A DNA stretch of 20,812 nucleotides from an archaeon (GTDB lineage: Archaea; Asgardarchaeota; Thorarchaeia; Thorarchaeales; Thorarchaeaceae). Made by a program: the position numbers and the translations under genes. The stretch lies in the NCBI GenBank assembly GCA_024275415.1, contig JAJRZD010000092.1, forward strand, positions 1-20,812, read 5' to 3'. Within the stretch, counting starts at the first letter, position 1. Every line of letters starts with the position of its first letter. Shown piece after piece: positions 1-7,735 of this stretch. Under the pieces are notes generated by a model. That model ran no database searches, had not been told where the DNA came from, and was given only the letters and a program-made list of their open reading frames with translations.

Positions 1-39
1 ACCACTCTTGGAATACTATCTCATCAGCAGTAGAGCAGG

Positions 40-67
40 AAACAAAAACCCCAGTCATGCTGGGGTT
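40..67 (-). terminator. Hairpin + U-tract terminator downstream of tbp
   Basis: Perfect 8-bp stem AACCCCAG (47-54) / CTGGGGTT (60-67) with a 5-nt loop. On the minus strand it is followed by TTTGTTT and starts 10 nt after the tbp stop codon. Confidence 0.65.
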
Positions 68-77
68 CAGTAGGAAT

Positions 78-662
78 CTACTCGCTGCTCCAATCTTCGC
101 CTTCTGGAACTCGCATCACACCAAGTTCTAGCAACCGATCCATGACTTTCTCAGCCGCTTCATCAATCTGCGGCTCGAACTTGGCACCAGTGATCACAAG
201 CTTCCCTGAGCCAAATAACAATATGACCACCTTGGGGTCTCGCATCCTATAGATGAGTCCAGGGAACTGCTCGGGCTCGTAGAGTGTGTTCTCAAGCTTC
301 ATAGCTGCAAGCTCTAGGTTCAGCTCCGCACCGAGACTGGCACTTGCAACAATGTTCTGGACCACGATGATTGGTTTTCCAGTGATCTCGATTCCAGCCT
401 CTCGGATATTCTTGACGATACGATGGACAGCCCTTTTGGCTTCCTTCTCGCTTTTTGCGCCCGTACATACCATTTTCCCTGAGTTGAATATCAGAGTAGC
501 AGTCTTGGGTTTCTTTAGCCTATACACGAGACCTGGGAATTGCTCCGGGTCGAATTCCACATTCGGCATGGTTGCAGCAATCTCATCAAGATCCAGTCGC
601 TGGTTCAAGATGACCGAGGCAACAACATTCTCAATCTTTGTCTTTGGTTGAGGTCTAGGCAT
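78..662 (-). CDS. tbp: TATA-box-binding protein (archaeal TBP)
   Basis: 194 aa with two direct repeats of the TBP fold: ENVVAS..EFDPEQFPGLVYR..LIFNSGKMVCTGAKS and QNIVAS..YEPEQFPGLIYR..LLFGSGKLVITGAK. Short acidic C-tail. SD-like AGAGGAG upstream on the minus strand. Confidence 0.98.
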   Translation of the reverse strand: MPRPQPKTKIENVVASVILNQRLDLDEIAATMPNVEFDPEQFPGLVYRLKKPKTATLIFNSGKMVCTGAKSEKEAKRAVHRIVKNIREAGIEITGKPIIVVQNIVASASLGAELNLELAAMKLENTLYEPEQFPGLIYRMRDPKVVILLFGSGKLVITGAKFEPQIDEAAEKVMDRLLELGVMRVPEGEDWSSE

Positions 663-678
663 TTGTGATGAATCTCCT

Positions 679-730
679 CTTTATAAGGAACATTCCTTAT
701 AAAGGGGGTTTATAAGGGGCCTTTATAAAG
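679..730. promoter_or_regulatory. Cluster of four TATA-like TTATAA elements upstream of tbp
   Basis: TTATAA at 681-686, 697-702, 710-715 and 723-728. The first two lie in a perfect 12-bp inverted repeat (679-690 / 693-704). The fourth lies in the perfect palindrome CTTTATAAAG (721-730). Confidence 0.7.
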
Positions 731-858
731 ATGTGCAATAGGTCAATGGCCCCATTTCTCCTAGTTGGCTGCGTATATTATATTTTGATATTCTAGAGAG
801 AACCAATAATCAAAAAAGAGGGGAATCCTGTAAATACCGAGTACTGGAGCGAAGTCCA

Positions 859-1692
859 ATGGAATATGAGGAGAGCGACTATATCGGATATGATGGGACA
901 CAGATGTTCCTTCGTATCTGGAAACCAGAATCAGAGCCAAAAGCGGTCATTCTTGGAATACACGGCATTGGGTCTCACAGCGGGCTGATATCGTATGTTG
1001 GCGAGTTCTTCGCCAAAAATGGATTCCTTTTCTATGCCCCTGATATGAGAGGGTTTGGACACTTTCAAGGTGCAAAAGGACATGTTGACAGTTTTGATGA
1101 ATATGTCCAAGATATTGACTCGTTAGTTTCGTTTCTCAAACTGCGACATCCGGAAATCAAGATTTTCTTATTAGGCCATTCCCTTGGAGGGCTGTGGGTT
1201 CTCAATTATTCTCTCTCACACCCGAATGAAGTTGATGGCCTTATCACACCTTGCCCAGCCGTTTCAGAGAGGTTGAAAATTAACCCGCTAGTTCGCGCCT
1301 TGGTCAAGGGGCTATCCAGACTGAACATCAAGACATATTTTGATACCGGACTTGACTTTGACCTGATTTCAAGAAACCCCGATGTGGTCAGAATGAACAA
1401 GGAAGACCCTCTTCGATTCGACAAGGCATCCCCACGGTTTGCAGCAGAGGGTTTCAAAACAACAGATGATGTCTTCAACAGGGCTGAGGAGATAACTACG
1501 CCAATCCTCATCCAGCAAAGCGGCGACGACCAGATCCTCATCCCAGAAATGAACAAGCAATTCTTTGACCGTATCTCCTCAGAGGACAAGACTTGGAAGC
1601 TCTACGAGGGCCTTTACCATGAGCCGTTCCAAGAAGAGGGCGGTGAGGAGTTTCTCTCGGACATGATTGCATGGGTGAACGAGCGGGTATGA
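859..1692 (+). CDS. Alpha/beta hydrolase, monoacylglycerol lipase / lysophospholipase family
   Basis: 277 aa. Oxyanion HGIGSH, D-x-R-G-F-G motif, nucleophile elbow GHSLGG, catalytic Asp region (GDDQIL) and His (LYHE). Confidence 0.9.
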   Translation: MEYEESDYIGYDGTQMFLRIWKPESEPKAVILGIHGIGSHSGLISYVGEFFAKNGFLFYAPDMRGFGHFQGAKGHVDSFDEYVQDIDSLVSFLKLRHPEIKIFLLGHSLGGLWVLNYSLSHPNEVDGLITPCPAVSERLKINPLVRALVKGLSRLNIKTYFDTGLDFDLISRNPDVVRMNKEDPLRFDKASPRFAAEGFKTTDDVFNRAEEITTPILIQQSGDDQILIPEMNKQFFDRISSEDKTWKLYEGLYHEPFQEEGGEEFLSDMIAWVNERV

Positions 1693-1829
1693 GTTTGTTT
1701 CTATGATGGGAAAGCCTGCTGATACAAGTCTAAGGCTATGAAAACCCTTTTATGCTTCATGCAGGCTTCGAGCCCGAAGTAGTGAGATGACACGGTAGAA
1801 TCCGTCTGCGATAAAGAGAGTGACATTAG

Positions 1830-3722
1830 ATGAACCACAAATACAAGGCTTTCACAATCATCCTCGCTATGATGGTACTTGGCGGTACTGTGATGCCCCT
1901 GGCCATTTTCCAAACAACGACCAGCATAGCACCATCAAGCAATCGTGCAGAGGTACTAGCGGCAACAGACCTTGTTGTCGAGAACAGCACTATCAACATC
2001 AACGGGGAATTCAACGATGATGATTTCCTGTTCTATGTGTACAATGGTACCTTTGAGATATCTGGCGCTAATGTTACACTCTACAATGTAACTGACAGCA
2101 GCAAGTACGCATCAAAACTAACTATAGGCGATGGTTCCGCAACGTTCTTTGATGTGCCGTTCGGTATGTGGGAATGGAATGTCACATGGGGTGGCACTTC
2201 ATTGAACGGTTCGATGGCTTCAGATGGCCCCGAGGCGTTCTCCTCACTGACTATCGGTAATCTCGATTGGGAGAACGATGACGATGACATTCTCGTTGCC
2301 GTTACAGACATTGAAGGAGATCCTGGTGAGGGACTCAATTTCACAATCTATAACCGTGACACCAACACCACGTATCAGGAGTTCCTACTCCCCGCAGATG
2401 GTATCGCGAATGTGAGTGATATTCCTATCGGCAATTACACGTACTATGTGACCGTTGCAGCAAACGAATACGCTGGGGCAGTCCTGATTGCAGAAAATTT
2501 CACTACTGATGGAACCACTCTGAAAATGCATCAGACAATTGGGCCCATTACGGGGTTGCAGGAATACTATGACCTTGAAGTGTTCACCCACTACGAAACG
2601 ACTCTTGCACCCCTACAGGGAGCTCTTGTCAATGTCACGTACTACAATGGCACAGTCATCGAGTATCAATACACACCTGCTAATGGTACTGTTATATTCG
2701 TAGACCTGCCCGTGGCATTTGTCAATTGGACCGTGAGCTACTTGGGAAGCCCAATCGAAGATGGCTCATACTCGTACAATTTGACTACACTCAGTACTGA
2801 CATTCGGAGCCCAGTAATCGCATCGCCAGGTGATCAAGAATTCTTGATTGGTACAGAGAACATCACGATAACATGGAACATCACTGACGAGTATCCGGCC
2901 GAAATCAACTTCTATGTTGATGACAGTTTGGAAGAAACACAAACATGGACCAACCAGACCTCGTACACGTTCAATGCAAGCGATTTCGAGATTGGAGTCT
3001 ATGAGCTAAAGCTTGTTGCAACGGATCTGAACGATAACACGGCTGAGGACACCATCTCACTGAGGATCTTCGAGAATACCACTCCAGTAATTGTCGGCCC
3101 CGAAGACTTCGAGTTGTACTATACCGAAGTGGGTGAAACCATTCGATGGAATTTCACCGAGGAAAATCCCGATTTCTACATTCTGTACAAGAATGGCGAG
3201 TCAGTCGTGAATGGAACACTCAATCCAGACAGTCCATTCTTCACGTACACGATAAATGAGGTTCTTGAAATTGGCGAGTACAACTACACCTTCTGGATGA
3301 ATGACACCAGTGGGAATTGGGCAACAGATGATGTGGCAGTCACAATCAAGGCAGATGATATTGCCCCAGTTATCACCTACGAGCCTCCTACTGTGACATA
3401 TGCTCAGGGTGACCCAGACATCATCCGAAATTGGACTGCCAGCGATGATTACATGGACACCTATGCGATCTATGTCGATGGCGTTCTTATTGTGGAAGAT
3501 GATTGGATTTCTGAAACGATCGAGTTCGATTTCGCTGGATTAAGCATGGGCGAACATGAAGTCAGACTAGTGGTGACCGATCTTGGTGGCAACACCGCTG
3601 AATCCACAGTCCAAGTCATCGTTTCAATGCCTAATACCATCTCCATCTTATTGATAATAGCAGCAATCAGCGGAATCGTTGTTGCTGCTGCTGCAGTCTT
3701 CTGGTTCATTAAGCATCATTAG
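1830..3722 (+). CDS. Membrane-anchored cell-surface glycoprotein with tandem beta-sandwich (CnaB-like and Ig-like) domains
   Basis: 630 aa. N-terminal signal-like hydrophobic segment, C-terminal TM helix with a 3-residue tail (KHH), acidic and Thr-rich. About 26 N-x-S/T sequons counted by hand. Three C-terminal repeats of pattern PVI..W...D..GN.A...V. Confidence 0.8.
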   Translation: MNHKYKAFTIILAMMVLGGTVMPLAIFQTTTSIAPSSNRAEVLAATDLVVENSTININGEFNDDDFLFYVYNGTFEISGANVTLYNVTDSSKYASKLTIGDGSATFFDVPFGMWEWNVTWGGTSLNGSMASDGPEAFSSLTIGNLDWENDDDDILVAVTDIEGDPGEGLNFTIYNRDTNTTYQEFLLPADGIANVSDIPIGNYTYYVTVAANEYAGAVLIAENFTTDGTTLKMHQTIGPITGLQEYYDLEVFTHYETTLAPLQGALVNVTYYNGTVIEYQYTPANGTVIFVDLPVAFVNWTVSYLGSPIEDGSYSYNLTTLSTDIRSPVIASPGDQEFLIGTENITITWNITDEYPAEINFYVDDSLEETQTWTNQTSYTFNASDFEIGVYELKLVATDLNDNTAEDTISLRIFENTTPVIVGPEDFELYYTEVGETIRWNFTEENPDFYILYKNGESVVNGTLNPDSPFFTYTINEVLEIGEYNYTFWMNDTSGNWATDDVAVTIKADDIAPVITYEPPTVTYAQGDPDIIRNWTASDDYMDTYAIYVDGVLIVEDDWISETIEFDFAGLSMGEHEVRLVVTDLGGNTAESTVQVIVSMPNTISILLIIAAISGIVVAAAAVFWFIKHH

Positions 3723-3728
3723 TCCACC

Positions 3729-3760
3729 ATGACGGCTAGGTTTAGCCGTCATCCTTTTAT
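3729..3760 (+). terminator. Hairpin + T-tract terminator after the surface glycoprotein gene
   Basis: Perfect 10-bp stem ATGACGGCTA (3729-3738) / TAGCCGTCAT (3743-3752) with loop GGTT, followed by CCTTTTAT, 6 nt after the stop codon. Confidence 0.6.
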
Positions 3761-3778
3761 CTCCACATCTATTTCGAT

Positions 3779-3812
3779 TCGCTAGTCCATGTCGATAAAG
3801 ACTGGACTGCGA
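3779..3812 (+). other. Bulged stem-loop immediately upstream of asnS
   Basis: TCGC-(T)-AGTCCA-(T)-GTC-[GATAAA]-GAC-TGGACT-GCGA: 13 Watson-Crick pairs with two single-T bulges. Function unknown. Confidence 0.4.
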
Positions 3813-3820
3813 GATTATAG

Positions 3821-5125
3821 GTGACTATTATGGAATTCACTCGAGTACGTGACGTGCTTGGAGGCGAATTCGAAGGAAAGACTGTTCGTCTTCGGGGCTG
3901 GATTCATAGGATTCGAGCTCAGAGCAAGATGATATTCGTCACACTTCGTGACTCCTCCGGTATCGTCCAGACGGTTATCAAGAAGGCTGCGGTCGATGAA
4001 GACAAGTTCAAGGCCGCAAGCAAGATGCTAGTAGAATCCCTCGTTACAGTAGAGGGTGAAGTCAAAGCTGATTCACGAGCAATCGGCGGATATGAGGTGC
4101 AAGTGAAGGACATCAATGTGCTTCACTATGCAGAGGATTTTCCCATTACCAAGGACCAGAGCATCGAGTTCCTCAATGATAATAGGCACCTATGGATGCG
4201 GTCTCGCAAGATGAGCAACGTCCTGAAAGTGAGAGATGAAGTTTTCAGAGCAGCTCGTGCGTATCTCAGGGAGGAGGGCTTCTATGAAACGACATGCCCC
4301 ATGTTCGTAAGCACGATGGGCGAGGAGGGTGCAGAACTCTTCGAAGTGGACTACTTTGGGAAAAAGATCTACCTCACCCAGACAAGCCAGATGCATCTGG
4401 AACCCCAGCTTTTTGCGATGGAAAAAGTGTTCATTCTCGCACCTTCGTTCATGGGCGAGAAATCAAGAACCCGCAAGCATTTGACCGAGTTCTGGCACCT
4501 CGAAGTGGAAGAAGCATGGTGCGACCACGAGTGCAACCTCAAGCGTCAAGAAGAGCTCATCAGTTATATCTGCAAGTCCGTAGTTGAGAATCGGTCTTAT
4601 GAGCTTGCAGAGTTGGGTGTGAATCCCGAACGACTCTTGAAGATCAAACCTCCATTCGAAAGGATGACTTACGACAAGGCTATCGAGGTCTGTCAGGACG
4701 CAGGTCTCAAGATAAAATGGGGCGAGGACATTCGGACAGAAGCTGAGGACATACTGACAAGGGACAGAGATACCTTTCTCTTCATCGAGTATTACCCGAA
4801 GGAAATCAAGTCATTCTATATGAAACACAATCCCGAGAACCCACGTACTTACAGGAATGACGACCTCCTTGCGCCCCATGGTTACGGCGAGATAATTGGC
4901 GGGAGTCAGCGAGAGGACGAGGCTGACAGGATCATCGAGAACCTTCATCGAATTGGCGATGACCCTGAGAAGTATAGATGGTACATTGACATCCGACGGT
5001 ATGGCAGTGTCGAACATTCAGGTTTCGGTGTCGGTGTCGATCGCCTGATTACATGGATGCTAGAACTTGAGCACATCCGTGATTGTGTCCCGTTTCCACG
5101 AACCGTCAGCAGGGTCTATCCATGA
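3821..5125 (+). CDS. asnS: Asparagine--tRNA ligase (class IIb), atypical motif 2
   Basis: 434 aa from GTG 3821 (ATG 3830 is an alternative start). OB-fold anticodon domain (VRLRGWIH..LRDSSG), EKSRTRKHLTEFWHLE, YGEIIGGSQRE, motif 3 HSGFGVGVDR, C-terminus FPRT..RVYP as in archaeal AsnRS. Confidence 0.92.
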   Translation: MTIMEFTRVRDVLGGEFEGKTVRLRGWIHRIRAQSKMIFVTLRDSSGIVQTVIKKAAVDEDKFKAASKMLVESLVTVEGEVKADSRAIGGYEVQVKDINVLHYAEDFPITKDQSIEFLNDNRHLWMRSRKMSNVLKVRDEVFRAARAYLREEGFYETTCPMFVSTMGEEGAELFEVDYFGKKIYLTQTSQMHLEPQLFAMEKVFILAPSFMGEKSRTRKHLTEFWHLEVEEAWCDHECNLKRQEELISYICKSVVENRSYELAELGVNPERLLKIKPPFERMTYDKAIEVCQDAGLKIKWGEDIRTEAEDILTRDRDTFLFIEYYPKEIKSFYMKHNPENPRTYRNDDLLAPHGYGEIIGGSQREDEADRIIENLHRIGDDPEKYRWYIDIRRYGSVEHSGFGVGVDRLITWMLELEHIRDCVPFPRTVSRVYP

Positions 5126-5485
5126 TTCCAACAGGGAGGCATTGTGCATTAGCTGCCCACTTCTACGCAACAACTTCCTGTCTTTGATTCTGGAGTTCGA
5201 GAACCGGAATAGGGATGGAAAAGAGTCCTTGAAGTGCAAGGCCTGTTTCGCCTTTGATATATTCATCTGGAACAACCTGGATCTTCAGATTCTTTGGGAT
5301 TCACTAGAATTGCAAGAGTTCAGAGGAAAAGCAAAGTCATAAGATTCAGACATTATGCCAAGCCATACAATGGTATTAGAACGCAATGTTGGGATCATCT
5401 GGGATGATATTAGGAGATGATTTATTGGACAGGGCCCTTCTTTGGCATATGCTTTAATATGGTTGTTAGAATACTCCTGAGAAGA

Positions 5486-6394
5486 ATGGTACTAAATAAA
5501 TACACACATGATAATACGATGATATTCCATGGCGATAATGGCGAAGTGATGAATACCGAGCTGATTCCAGCTCTCGGGGATAAGAAGCTGTCTCTCTCTT
5601 TCTTGGATCCGCCTTTCAACCAGAACAAGGAATATGAGAACCACCATGATAGGATGGACGAGAAAGAGTACTGGGAATGGATGGAGGACATATGTCGTAA
5701 GATACATCAGCTCACAGACCAGGGGGGTGCCATTTATTTCATGCAGAGGGAAAAGAACACCCAAGAGGTGTTGAGTACTCTACGAGAAACAGGGTGGACA
5801 TTGCAGAACCTGATCATATGGAAGAAGAAGACATCAGCTGTTCCCCAGAGGTATAGATTCGGCAAACAGTATCAGGTCATCGCATTTGCAACGAAAGGCA
5901 CAAGACCAAGAGTCTTCAACCGTTTGCGAGTTGACTATCCTTTGTTGCCTGGCCAGAGAATCCCAAGGAAAAATGGGATCTTTGTCACGGATGTGTGGGA
6001 TGACATTCGAGAGATGACTTCAGGATTCTTTGCAGGCGATGAAGCATTGCGGGACCAAAAAGGAGAACGAGTTCATAAGCAGCAATCACCAATCGCATTG
6101 CTCCTCCGGATCATACTCTCATCGACACAGCCAGGGGACATCGTGTTCGATCCTTTCGCAGGTACTGGCACGACTCTAGTCGTATCAAATCAACTTGGCA
6201 GGATTGGCATAGGCATCGAATTGGGAAAAAGAAACTTTGATGTGATTGTCGACCGGCTAAGAGCAGATCGACCATCGGATAGGGTAAACCTCGATTATTA
6301 CAGGTTCACAGAAAATATTAAAGCGATAGCAGGATTCAGTCTGTCAAATCGATTTCAGCGAAACATCCTTGATTTTTCCAGACCACGCCAGTAA
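5486..6394 (+). CDS. Beta-class N4-cytosine/N6-adenine DNA methyltransferase
   Basis: Catalytic motif IV FLDPPFN precedes SAM-binding motif I VFDPFAGTGTT (beta order), with IIWKK and H..Q.P..LL.RII. The ORF is open from 5417, but ATG 5486 (MVLNKY..IFHGD), about 30 nt after a TTTAATAT box, is the more plausible start. Confidence 0.9.
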   Translation: MVLNKYTHDNTMIFHGDNGEVMNTELIPALGDKKLSLSFLDPPFNQNKEYENHHDRMDEKEYWEWMEDICRKIHQLTDQGGAIYFMQREKNTQEVLSTLRETGWTLQNLIIWKKKTSAVPQRYRFGKQYQVIAFATKGTRPRVFNRLRVDYPLLPGQRIPRKNGIFVTDVWDDIREMTSGFFAGDEALRDQKGERVHKQQSPIALLLRIILSSTQPGDIVFDPFAGTGTTLVVSNQLGRIGIGIELGKRNFDVIVDRLRADRPSDRVNLDYYRFTENIKAIAGFSLSNRFQRNILDFSRPRQ

Positions 6395-6730
6395 TATCGG
6401 TTATTATAGTGGTTCTGAGTATCCCTCCATGCCGAACGGCATTCCTTGGAGAATATTGGCAGATTCACTGAACAAAGAATGCATTGCAGGATAAGGCAAA
6501 TGTATCATTCTGAGAATCCTTTTAGGAAACACAGTGAGGTTCATTTTTTCTGCATCATATCAGGGGATGATTGGAAACAATGTCGGAATTCACCTATATA
6601 CAACAATTTCCAACTCAAAGAAACAACATTTACGTTGACGGAAAGAATGAGTGGTGTCAAAATTGCCTTTTCTAGACTTGGGATTATCCCGTGAGATTTT
6701 GCAAATGCACTGGTACTATTCGAAAAATCT

Positions 6731-6976
6731 CTAGTTGTCTATCTCACCATTCGCTTTCTTTGCGACTAGCTCTGCCTGATGTTTCTTAGCCATCCGGAGT
6801 GAGTACACAAAACCGACAAGCCCAATGATCGAAAAGACAATCCACAATGGGCTTGCAAAGGGATGGCCCAGTAACAATGTGAACACATAGACATTCAAAG
6901 AGAAAAAGAAGATACCGAATGTGACAATTGCAGCAGAATATGACCAAGGTAACTGAAAGAAACTCATTTCTGACAC
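6731..6976 (-). CDS. Small two-TM membrane protein, unknown function
   Basis: 81 aa from GTG (ATG 9 nt further in). Two hydrophobic helices followed by a basic/charged tail (RMAKKHQAELVAKK). T-run after the stop codon. Confidence 0.7.
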   Translation of the reverse strand: MSEMSFFQLPWSYSAAIVTFGIFFFSLNVYVFTLLLGHPFASPLWIVFSIIGLVGFVYSLRMAKKHQAELVAKKANGEIDN

Positions 6977-7169
6977 TCATTCGTGTGTCCTGCCAAATGT
7001 CTTATATGACTTACGAGGAATATGGCACTAAGACAATCCGAAGAAGCAACATCAGTGAAACCTCTAAAAAAGTTCCATCATTGCTCGATTTCCAAAAGTG
7101 TAATTTGTTTTACGACGCAAAATTTCGCACAGTTTTATATGGGAGTATTCCCATCAAGACTCGGTCAGA

Positions 7170-7703
7170 ATGGAGGAGCCTAGTGTCAAAGCAGGTGATT
7201 TCGATGCGAAGCCCAGACGGGCAAGTTGGGAGCTAAAGGAGTATTTCCAGCATGGTGTTCCCTTTGTCGGACTGATGACCATCATTATATTGATCGCTCA
7301 GCCAATCATCAGCATCCTTTCCATTTTCACAGACCTCATTGTTCTCTCAGTAATGGAGGCACCCAATCTCGCGACCAGCCCCTTTGCCTCATCGATCATG
7401 CTTGTCATTCTGGTCGTGTTCGCTATAGTAGGACTCTCCTATTTTGCTGGAGCCCTGAATAGAATCCTTGCCGAGCGGATATGGAAGATAAATCAGAACA
7501 CATTATGGGACAGACAGGTCGGACTCGGCATTACGTTGATTGGCACACTGCTCATCGTTCACTTTCCATTGTTCCCATTCTACATATTGTGGATGAGCGG
7601 GTTAATCCTCGAACAGCTGGTGTTCCTAATCTTTTACATCCCTATAGTGTCAGTCATAGATGGGGTCATCGCAAAGTTCCTTGCCAGCTTTCGGCCAGAT
7701 TGA
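7170..7703 (+). CDS. Hypothetical membrane protein (about 4 TM)
   Basis: 177 aa with four long hydrophobic segments and a charged N-terminus. TATA-like TTTTATAT about 30 nt upstream. Confidence 0.75.
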   Translation: MEEPSVKAGDFDAKPRRASWELKEYFQHGVPFVGLMTIIILIAQPIISILSIFTDLIVLSVMEAPNLATSPFASSIMLVILVVFAIVGLSYFAGALNRILAERIWKINQNTLWDRQVGLGITLIGTLLIVHFPLFPFYILWMSGLILEQLVFLIFYIPIVSVIDGVIAKFLASFRPD

Positions 7704-7735
7704 CACATTTGCTTCAAGAGAACAATCCAGTTTCA

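Noticed and set aside
663-735. Regularly spaced TTATAA repeats as a mini-CRISPR or iteron/origin array
   Set aside because: Repeats of 6-10 bp with 3-10 bp spacers are far too short for CRISPR, there is no ORB-like G-string motif, and no cas or cdc6/orc1 gene is nearby.
3779-3812. Hairpin with AAA in the loop as a possible SECIS element
   Set aside because: No AUGA/GA quartet, and no gene in the window has an in-frame UGA at a plausible catalytic position.
5417-5485. N-terminal 23 codons of the called methyltransferase ORF
   Set aside because: No resemblance to MTase N-termini and contains a TATA-like box; probably promoter sequence.
6446-6694. 82-aa ORF downstream of the methyltransferase as a possible restriction endonuclease
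   Set aside because: Too short, TTG start without SD, and no PD-(D/E)xK, HNH or GIY-YIG motif recognisable.
6680-6731. Palindrome GGGATTATCCC (6680-6690) and inverted repeat GAGATTTT/AAAATCTC (6693-6700, 6724-6731)
   Set aside because: Short arms in AT-rich sequence; no transposase, target-site duplication or partner end to support an IS or MITE.
6928-7236. 102-aa plus-strand ORF
   Set aside because: Overlaps both flanking genes and spans their divergent promoter region; no motifs.
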